64,000 nt of DNA, from positions 434,001-498,000 of the forward strand of contig NW_027191465.1 in assembly GCF_011745625.1 (NCBI RefSeq), given 5' to 3'. Positions 22,201 to 32,170 of the stretch are shown here, in pieces. The notes under the pieces are model-generated. The model saw only the letters and a program-made list of their open reading frames with translations, ran no database searches and was not told where the DNA came from. Within the stretch, counting starts at the first letter, position 1. Each line of letters opens with the position of its first letter. Origin of the DNA: Cladosporium halotolerans. Taxonomy: Eukaryota. Position numbers and translations under genes: made by a program.

Positions 22201-25200
22201 GAACGACGTAGGCTCCGGGCTTGCTGGTCGAAGATGTGATGAGGCCAGCCTGGACCGGGCTGCAAGGGTAGACGTCCTCGATCGCTTCGACTTCGACGCC
22301 GCAAACCTCAGAAGCATCGGCCAGGACCTCCTCGCGAGGAGCGTCGGCGGGGATGAGCGAGAACGGCTCAATGGTGGCGGGCTTGATGGTTTGCAGCGGG
22401 TTGTTCCTCTTGCAAGCCGCACACATCTCGGCCAAACCAGGATGTGTGAAAATATCGGCCACAGTGAGCGAGAGGCCACTAGCCTGAGCAGCGCTCACGA
22501 GGTTCATTGCTGCGAAGGAGTCGCCACCGAGAGCGAAGAAGGTGTCGCTGTCGGTCACAGAGCCAGGCGTAAGTCGCATGACGGTCTCCCACAACTCTCT
22601 CATCTGGGGTTCGAGACCGGTCTTTGGGGCGTCGGTGGTCGCGCTGGCAGTGCTTGCGTAAGGTCTCATTTGTTCTTTCGTCAGAGAAGCCGCCATGGTC
22701 TGGAGTCCGCGACGGTCCAACTTGGCAGAGGTGGTACGGGGGAGGTAGCGGACGGGGTAGAAGAACGTCGGCACCATGTAGAGCGGGAGATGGTGTGGCA
22801 GACCCTCACGGAGGCTCTCGACGAGGGCAGATCTTGCTGGTGTCATGGGCAGGAGTACTCCGTCCGCAGCCTCGCCAGACTCAACAGGGCTGACGAAGAA
22901 AGCAGCCAGACCAGCGGCCATCGTGTTTTCCTTCGGCTTGACGATATCGACAAGCACATCAGCATTGGCCAAGACAGAACTGTGGTGCTCGATCTCCTCC
23001 AGCTCCACACGCTGGCCCTTGAGCTTGACCTGAGTGTCGTTCCTCGTCAAGAAAGTCAACGACCCAGTCGGGCTGAACCTCGCCAGGTCACCAGTGCGGT
23101 ACATGCGCTGGCGCTCCGGCGTCGGGTCCTGGCGGAAGATGGGATGCAGGCGTACGTCGCGCGACCACGCGGGATCGCGGATGAAGGAGTGCTTGGTCTT
23201 CTCGTCGTTGTTGAGGTATCCGCGGCCGACGTTGGGGCCTTCCATCACGAGCTCGCCGACGGCGCCACGGGGCATGAGCTTGTCGACGTTCTCCGGGTCG
23301 GTGATCCACGCGCGTCCGCATTGCGGGAAACCGATGTCGGTGCCGTCGGTGTTGACGAGGTTGCCCTTTCCGTCGGACTTCAGGCTGACGGTAGCGATAA
23401 CTGTGGTCTCCGACGGGCCAAAGGCGTTGACGAGATGGCGGCTCTTCCATTGCTCGATGAAAGCGGCCGACATCTTCTCGCCTCCAGAGATGAGGTACTG
23501 AAGAGTAGGGACCGAAGCCGGGTTGATGGTAGCGAAGAGGGTGGGCACACACGACATGAGCGTCGCACCAGACCGGTTGATCGCGCCCGCGACGTCGTTC
23601 ATGCGGTCGCTCTCGCTAGGCATGCAGATGCAGGCGCCGTTAAGGAGGGTGAAAAAGACGTCCATGACGGAGACGTCGAACGTAAATGCCGAGAATTGGA
23701 AGACACGCGCGTTGTCGTTGAAGCCAAGGTGGGCCCAGTTCGCGGCAGAGACGGTGAGAGCAGTGTGCTCGACGACGGTTGCCTTGGGGGTGCCTGTTGT
23801 ACCGGAAGTGAAAACGGCGTACGCAGGGTCGGTGGGCAGGGTGTCGACGACTGTGTGAGCGAGAGGCTCCGGCGCATTCTCGATGTCTTCGTTCTCAACG
23901 GCGATAGCCACGTCGGAAATGCGGGACGCAATGTCAAGATGAGCAGCCGAGCAGAGTACGAGAGGTGCATTCAGCTGACGAACGAGGGTCTGCAGGCGCT
24001 CTTCGCCATGCGTAGGGTCGAGGGAGACGAACGCGCCTCCGGCTTGCATGACAGACAGCTGAGCGACAACGGCCCACATGGACTTGTCGAACAGGCAAGC
24101 AACGAATACATTGGGACCAACGCCGAGCATGCGCAGCTTCTGAGAAAATTTCGTGGTGAGCGCCAGAAGCTCCGAGTAGTCAAGGCTACCATCCCAGGCG
24201 CTGACTGCAGGCGCTGACGGGTGTTGAAGAGCGCGCTCTTCGATAATCGTGTGTGCACAGCGCTCATCAGTCTGCGGGACTGGCGCGCTCCACTGCAGGT
24301 ACTGGCGGCAAGCCTTGTCGTCGACGAAGTCCAAGTCTCCGATCGACTGAAGCGCCTTCATCGGGAGTTGGGTGAGAACGTGCAGGAAGCAGTCAGTGAT
24401 CGACTCGACGTAGTCCCTCGCGAGGTTCTTGGAGTAGTGCAGCTTGACATGCGCAGAACGGCGAGTGAGCGGGCCAGGGTTCAGCAGGATGGCGCTGAAG
24501 CTGCCGCCGGACAAGAGGCGGTTGATAGTGGCTGTGCTGGAGGCCTCTTCTCCTGATTGAGCGCAGACGACAGTGTTAAAGGGGATGTCCTCTGTGGCCT
24601 CGGGCTGCATGGCTTTCGTGGCCGAGATCCATGCCTTGGAGCGGTTGGCCGAATCGATCTTCAACTGCTGCAGCGCCTGCAGAATCGGTGTGGTGTCATC
24701 AGTGTTCACCTTGCGGTTCTCCAGGCGGTGATTCTCGCGCGACCTGTCCAGAACGCCGAAGCACGTCTCAGGAACGCCGGAGTAGAGACGAAGCACGATC
24801 GCCCAGACAAACTGGTAGACCAGCGCGGCGTCGAAGTCGTTCTCCTTGCAGAACTGCAAGAGCTTCGCGGGCTGCTGCACGGCCAAGTGGACGAACGAGT
24901 GGACTTCGGTCTCTTCGGTCGCAGGCTCAGGATCGCTGATCGTCGGCAGGAGGCAGGGTTCGACGCCAGCGACGTCGTTCACCCACGGCGTGGTGTCTTG
25001 GTCTTCGAAGAACGACTTCTCCTCGTCGCCCATCTGGCGCAAGCGAGAGACAATCTGCTGGTGCTCGGAGTCACGGATGACGTCCTCAATCTTCTCCACG
25101 TACAGCTTGGCGATGAGGTCTGCCTGGGAGTTGGAGAGGCATTCGGTCCAGTGGTTCAGCTCGATGGTGGCGGAAGAATCAGAGGCCTCGACGTTGACAT

Positions 25201-28200
25201 AGACAGCAGTCTCGGCCGGATCATGAATGTAGCCCTTCTGGACGAACTCCACTGACTGGTGATCGCTGGCATCCTGCTGCGGTGGGAGCTTCCTGTAAGA
25301 AACGCCGCTGTTGAACAGCGAGACATTGGCCATCTTCATCTGATGAAGCACGTCGATCAACGAACACGCGCGATGCGGCAGCGACTGAGTGAAATCGTTC
25401 TGCGTCTGCTGAAGGACATCGAAGAGAGTGGCGTTGGCGTCCGCGCTGGGGAGCTTGATGCGGCAGACGTTCAGGTTCATGACTGGGCCGATCATGGCGT
25501 CAACTCCTTCGACCGGGGCATCGCGAAGCGAAGTCGTGTAGGCGAAGCATACGTCGTCAGACTGGGTCAGGAAGGAAAGAAGGAGACCCCAGGCGACGTT
25601 GAAGACAGTCGACTGGGTAATGCCGGCAGTCTCGCAGAAGCGGTGGAGACGGTCGAAGTCGCTGAACTCGACGCGCGAGGTGTGGATCGAAGTTCTGTTG
25701 GTCAGACTGTTGCCCTTGGGGTTGAGAGGGATGTGGCAGGGGCGGGTGTTGTCGAGATAGGAGGTCCAGAAGTCCATCGCTTCCGCGGACGACTGCTTCT
25801 GGAGGTGCTTCGCGAACTCCTTGAACTCCGGCTTGGGTCCGTCGACGAACTTCTCCGCACAAGCTTCCCTGAGGTCGTTCAAGAGGATGGAGATCGAGGC
25901 GCCATCCATAGCAGCGTGGTTCATTTCCAGTCTGCAGAAAACGGCTCCAGACTTCGTAGCAGTGCAGACGGAGAAGCGGTGAGAGTCGTGGTAAGGCACG
26001 ATGTCGCGGCTGGCGAAAGTGGCCATGACTTGTTCCTCATCCTCGCATGTCAGAAGAGCAGGCTGCAGATATCCGATGTCCTTCAGCACAACCTGTCCAA
26101 AGGGCGTAGACGGCGTGAGCCTGTCAACAAAGATTGTTCGGAGCATCGAGTGGTGCGCGATGAGCTTAGACCAGGCAGCAAGAATGCGGAAGACAGTGTT
26201 CTTCTCAGAGCCCAGACCGCGAACCTCGAAAGTGGTGTGCACGGCGTAGAGCAGAGGGTTCCGGCACCGGCTGAGAAGAATACCCTGCTGCATGCGCGTA
26301 CAGGGGTACATATCCTCGACGGCGTGCAGAGACGTGATCCCGTACCTGGGCATGATACCGGACTCGATCTGCTCCAGCTGATCGCTGCTCATCTTGAGCA
26401 TCGGGAAATCGCTGACGGTCTTGGTGGGAGGAGCCGCGAGGAGCTGGTGAGGAAGCTGCTCGAGGAGGGCTTGACAGTGTTTCAGCCACACCTGCACCTG
26501 GTCTTTGTGCTTGATAGACCTTCCGTAGGAGAAGTTGAAGCGCAGCTGGCCCTCAATAACGGCAGCAGAGATCTCGAAGAGCGCAAAGCGAGGGGTGTCG
26601 CGACCAAAATCAGCGGCACCACCGCCCTCACGAGTCTCGCCAACCATGGTGTCTGCAAGCTGGAATAGGCCCTTCTGGTTCTGCAGGTCTCTATTCTGGC
26701 CCAAGTAGTTAAACGACATCTCCATAGGAACCGGGTGAGGGAACTTATTGCGGCCAGCAGCTGAGAGTGTACGGTGCGCAAAGAAAGCACGGCCATTATC
26801 AGACGCGCGGCGGCGAGAGTCCTTCACGTGCGCGACGGTCTGCAGCAGGTCCTGGTCGGCAGACAGTCCTGGCACCCAGATGGGGTATAGGGTCGTGAAC
26901 CAGCCGACTGTGCGCGAAATGTCGATCGAGGGATCCCACGGCTCGCGTCCATGACCCTCGTTGTTGATCACGGGCACGGGACCGCCAGGGAATGCCTGCG
27001 CGAAAGAATGGAGCATACACGCCAGGAGCAGATCGACGGTTTCGGTGTGCAGGCTCTCGTGGCAGCCCGTCAGGAGAAGCGATGTGCTCTCCTGGCTGAC
27101 TTCGAAAGCGGAGATCTCGACTTCTCCATAGCTGATCGATTCGTCGACGCCCCAGAAGTTGAAGTTGTGCGGCGGCGCGACTTCGAGCTCGTTCTTAACC
27201 TCCTCGTCCAGCTCCGCTTGCTCCGTCTGCTTGGCGGACCACATTTGGAAGGGCATCGAGGCGGTCGAAGACTTGGTAGGCTCTTGGATGAGTTCTTCCA
27301 AGTCTTCAAGGATGAGGCGGAACGAAACGATGTCGACGACGAGATGGTGGCCAACCAGAGAAAGAATCTGGCTCTGACCGGGGACATTAATCAGATCGAC
27401 AGAAAGCAGAGGTCCAACAAAGCAGTCGATCGACTGCTGGCTGGTGGAAATGATGCCTTCGACCTCACCTTCACTCTCAACGTCCTGGTGGTTCAAGCGG
27501 TAAGAGTTATCGACGTCCTGAGTAATGCGCTGCTGCATCTTGCGCTCAGGTCCCTCATGCGAGAAACGCGCGCGGAGCATGCTGTGGCGAGTGACCAGGG
27601 CTTCAATGGCTGTGCGGAGCTGGGCCTCACTGATCGTTTCGTGGACGCGAGTCTGGATGCTCTGGTTGAAGTATCCCTCGTGCTCGGCGCGAACGAGCGA
27701 GTGCAGGTACTGGATGGGCGAGAGATCGAACTTCTCCTCGATCTTCTCTTCGTAGAACGTCGGGGATTGGATCGCCGACGTGTGCAGAGCCAGATCCCTA
27801 ATGGAGTGACGGCGCAGGATATCTTGCACGGTCAACCCAAGACCGGCCTTCTTGCACAAACTCGTGCACGTCATGGCAGTCAAAGAGTCGCCGCCGAGTT
27901 TCAGGAAGTTCTCCGTCAACTTCAGGCGGTGGACTGGGATGTTCAGGACGCGACTCCATGCCTCCGCCAGGAGCCTCTCGGTCTCGTTGGCAGGCGTGTA
28001 CTGGGACTCGTCGAGCGGCCCGTCGCCCTCGACTTCGAACTGCGGGTCCTCCTCCATCTCCTCCAGCCACTTCGCAGCTTTCTTGCGATCAAGCTTGCCA
28101 GACGTGAGCAGCGGCATAGACTCCACGCCCAGCCAGACGCCAGGAACCATGTACGTCGGCAGCACGGCGCCAATCCGCTGCCGCAGCCCCACAACCCTCT

Positions 28201-30614
28201 GTTCCGACTCCGTCTCCAGCACCAGCTCGCGCGCCTCGGTGTGGTTCGCGCCCGCGAAGCAGAAAATCGTCACGAGCTTTCCCTTCGCATAGCCGGCGCG
28301 CGGCACATGCACGAGCGCAAGCTGCACGTCGACGTCGGCCGTCAGGCGGCTCTCGATCTCGCCGAGCTCGACGCGCTGGCCGTGCAGCTTGACCTGCGTG
28401 TCTTTCCTGCCGATGTAGGTCAGTGTTCCCAGAGAGGAGTTGTACCTTACCAAGTCGCCACTCTTGTAGAAGCGGCGCTTCTCGCCGGCCTCGTTGCTGT
28501 CGGTCGCCCAGTTGGGGGCGTAGATGAAGGCTTCGGCGGTCTTGTCCGGGTTGTGCAGGTAGCCGCGGGCGAGCGAGGGGCCTTCGACGAGCATTTCGCC
28601 GACGGCGCCTGCAGGGAGGTGTTAGTGGGGGGTCCGAATGAGATTGATTAGAGGCTGGAGCCGCTTACCGACGGGCATCATTTTGTGGTGGTCGTCTGCG
28701 GACACAATCCAACACTTGCCTCCGACTGGAAGGCCGATGTCTTTGACGTCCGTCTCGCGCGTCACGTTGGGATTACCAGCCGAAGTGATGCTCGTTTCCG
28801 TAGGCCCAAAGCCGTTCACGAGGTTGAGGTGACACCAGGTGTCCCTTTGGTTGACTGACATAGCTTCGCCAGCCAGAGTGACCGTGTGCACGTTGGGAAC
28901 CATAACAGGAGTCAAAAACTCGATCACCGACGGCGTCAGTCCGAGGTAATTGACGTTCAAGCTGTTGATGGCGCCAGCGAGGTCGTTGACGCGAGATTCT
29001 TCGCTGGGGATGCACACGGTTCCGCCGTTCATGAGCAAGCTGAGGATGTCAACCAGACTGGCGTCGAACGTGTGCGCGGCGAACTGCAGAACGCGACATT
29101 CTGGCGTCAACCGCAAAGCATCTGTGTGAGCGGAACAGCTGGAGGCGAAGGCTCGGTGTTCCACGACTGTTCCTTTGGGCTCTCCGGTCGAGCCGGAAGT
29201 GAAGATGATGTAGGCGGCATTGCCGGGCGTGACCTCGTTTTTGAGCGTCGAGGAAAAGCACTTCGCCAGCAGGTCATCATCGATAGCAATTACAGGTTGT
29301 TCTGTCGCGAGTGCAACCTTCGATTGTTGCGCTGATGAAGAAAGCACAATTTTGGCTCCGACCTTCTCAATGAGGGAGCGGAGACGCGATTCTGGGTGCG
29401 AAGGGTCTAAGGGGACGAACGCGCCGCCCGCTTTCAGCACGGAATAGACTGCGATAGTGTACCATTTCTGAGATAGAAAGTTAGCTCGGGAGGCTCCGTT
29501 GATGGGTATCCGCTGCCTATTCGAAAGTTTGCAGGACAAAGGCTCTCCAAGTCGAGAATTGATCTTGAAGGTGTAGAGCGGAGGGTAGCACCCTGCTCTT
29601 CCCCATAAATGAGAGAAACAATAGTCAGAAGTCCTCATTTGATGAATTTCTTGAAATCTCTTTCTTTCAAAACCGTTTCAATAGCTCGCAAAAGAGCCGC
29701 CTCGTGCCTGCAAACTTTCGGAGGATAAGCGTTGGAAGATCGACATGACGAACCGTTTTCTCAAAGCAAAGCGGAACCATTGTCTCAGGTCCAACGCCCC
29801 GGCTTTGTAAGTAGCTCGCGATGCGAGAAGTAATCGAGTCGAGTTCCCCGAATGTGAAAACACCGTCCCACGCACAAATGGCTTCCTTTACGGGCCACTT
29901 GCGGCATTGTTTCTGGACGATTTCGTGGATGCAGCTGTCGCGGGTCGGCGGCATGGAAGTGTTCCACTTCGCGACGCGCCTGCTGTCCTGTGGGGTGAAG
30001 TAGTCGAGCGCGCCGATTTGGCGGTCGTCGAAAGCGAGCAGTTGGCTGATGATCTGGCTCAGCACTTGAGCAATGCAGGTGACGTGTCCGGTGGACATCT
30101 CATCGCGCCAATATTCGAGGTTGAGTGCGGGGACGCCGAAGACGTCCTCGATGCAGAAACGGATGCGACAGTTTTCGGGGATTGCGGATGCGAAGTCGGT
30201 AGAGAAGTCGATGTCTTCCTTCTCGGATTGCCGGAGGAAGACTGTGTTGTATGTGGCGAAATCGAGCTGGGTGGTCGGAGAGGCAGAGATCTCTCTGCTC
30301 CGTAGCTCGACGACTTGGTCTTCGTCTGATATGCTCAGTGTCACAATGTGGTTCTGAATGTGTGCGTCGTCACCGGCGTGCTCCCTCTGGTAGCCGAAGC
30401 ATAATTCGTCGGAACCAGTGTAGCATCGGAGCACCACTGCCCAGGCTTTGATGAGCAGGGCATCGATGGCAGCAGTGCTTTGGTAAGAAATTCTGAGGAG
30501 GTCGAGATCATGTTCGGTCAACGATACGGGCAAGGATGCGGGTGTCCTGGGAGTAGTGCTGCTGGAAGCAGTGTTGGGGAAAGAAGGTAAGCAGCACTGT
30601 ACTGATCGCTCCAT
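13268..30614 (-). CDS. Non-ribosomal peptide synthetase, Pes1/HcpA-like; C*-A-T-E-C-C*-A-T-C-A-T-E-C-T-C-T*; ~5,628 aa; introns 29468-29753, 28609-28668, 19199-19257, 18746-18800
   Basis: Three A domains (YIIFTSGSTGEPKG, YAVFTSGTTGTPKA, YALFTSGSTGKPKG, each with GP(T/S)E, GDL and K(L/I)DR). T motifs GGDS x4 and GGDL x1. E domains HHLVVD/EGHGRE/RTVGWFT and NHLCID/ESHGR/SVGWFT. C domains NHAAMDG, HHAAYDG, NHALIDG, SHAQYDG. The four introns give a 16,887-nt in-frame CDS. The 5' end is uncertain because a splice acceptor lies just upstream of the ATG. Confidence 0.95.
13420..13915 (-). repeat. Three imperfect ~55-aa coding repeats in the NRPS C-terminal tail
   Basis: Units of KRSSR(RWSR)..RRxS..PPMP(G/A)P..Q.L.(D/E)(E/K)L.K occur three times; ETP(L/I)ASKRSSRRWSR occurs twice. 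Confidence 0.8.
29522..29720. repeat. 14-bp perfect inverted repeat inside the first NRPS coding-region intron
   Basis: CGAAAGTTTGCAGG at 29522-29535 and CCTGCAAACTTTCG at 29707-29720, with further imperfect pairing inward. Confidence 0.8.
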
Positions 30615-32170
30615 GTCGGCGGCTGCGTGATTAGGATGCAAATGTATGCAATTAATAATAGTGTAGTAATGGCGTTAAGGGTATGGGGAATACATGGACG
30701 AGCGAACAAGCAGACGAGGGCTTTCACGAGCGACGAAGAGATCGAGGTCGTATGAAAGACGTAGGAAGGTCGGAAGGGCGAGCTCCGTCTAGATCAACGC
30801 CGATCGAAGAGATGCATCTGCCATGGACTGCAAGGGTGCTCGAGTTCTCAAATTGCTCGAACCGCGCGCGCCTTCGCTGGTGGCACACCCTCTCGCACCC
30901 GGCGCTGCCGGGCCCAGCATCCAATTGCAGCGTGGCCTCCCGTGCCTCCATCCTTACGCTGCACGGAGGTATTGAGGAGCTCCACCGCCAGCAAACGACG
31001 GTCCTTGCGCCAAGCTACAGTAGTCGCTCTGGAGGTCTGAATAATGGCTACCGGCGAGGAGCGGGCGGCGCCCGGCTGGGGCGCAGGCGACTCGGGCCGC
31101 GGGGCGCTAGCGCGGGAACACGGGCGGGCCGCCGACGGTGAAGGCGTTAGGGCGGCGCCAACGCCGCATGCAGCAGTAGCAGTGGCTCAAGTTCGGGCTG
31201 ACGTGTGACGATTCTGGACGCTGCCACCGGCCTGTGCTCCGAACCCCTGTCGTTAATCGCTTGTACACTTTCCTATGTGGGCGATTAGAGCCCGCCCCTG
31301 CGCGCATCGATCTGCGAGGCGCCGACTCGCTACCGGCAGAGCAGAACCTCCTGCTGGCGCTAAGGCGGTTCCCGGCTTCCGCGTGCCACCTCGAGTTTGT
31401 TCAGACGTCGGGCCTTGTGCCGTGGACATACATGTCAGCGACCAGCATGCGCGCCAGCGTGCAAGCAGAGCGCTGCAGTGGCAACGTCGCCTTGCCTCCG
31501 CGACTCGCACGGGCGAGCGTTCACAACCGCCGCGTGAAGCTTGATCGGCGCTTCACGTTTCACACCTCGATCTCGACGGGAAATTTCATCTGGCGCTCAA
31601 CGCCCCCGGCGGCGGTGCGCGCGTGGACGACCCACACGATCGACAGGCACTTGGGACGCTCGGGCGTTTTCTTGCGCAACCCTCCGCCATGCCACCACGC
31701 ACGCCCACGCCGTGCACCGCATAGCAGGCATGCCAATTTGCCATCCCGCGCCCCAACCGCACCGTCCGCTTGTCACTGCTGTGCCACCCCGGCTTAGCAG
31801 CCCCACTAGGAGCATTGTTGGAGCTAGCGCTGCCTCCTACGTCGGAAGAATGGGGTTTGTGTACATCACACGTCCCACTATTCATGTCAAATAGCTCTAT
31901 CCCCTGACACGGTCTCTTAGCCGCCACCCCGGCCTTGGTAGTACGTTGATCAGTGGCTCGCCCTCACCCGGCATGTCGGTTCTCGCCTCCGTTGCGATGT
32001 TGCCGTCTGCTTGAGCCGAAGCTGGTGTCTTCCGTCGCGTCACTCCCTCTGTTGCGATTACATTCCATTACGCCAGTCTGGACCTTCGACGATCGATGGG
32101 GTGAACGGGGTCGGCAACACTCCCACCACAACTCGCACCTCTTGACCGTCCTCGAGGCGTGATACCAGCC

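Noticed and set aside
20027..28651. Long plus-strand ORFs (581, 795, 469 and 566 aa) antisense to the NRPS
   Set aside because: They lie opposite NRPS codons and contain no recognisable motifs; long shadow ORFs are expected from GC-rich codon bias.
29468..29753. TPP riboswitch or snoRNA identity for the structured intron
   Set aside because: I could not find the TPP aptamer core or a convincing terminal C/D or H/ACA box arrangement; kept only as an unassigned structure.
30683..31927. Several 100-190 aa ORFs in the NRPS-ABC intergenic region
   Set aside because: Arg/Ala/Pro-rich, overlapping on both strands, with no motifs; typical of GC-rich non-coding DNA.
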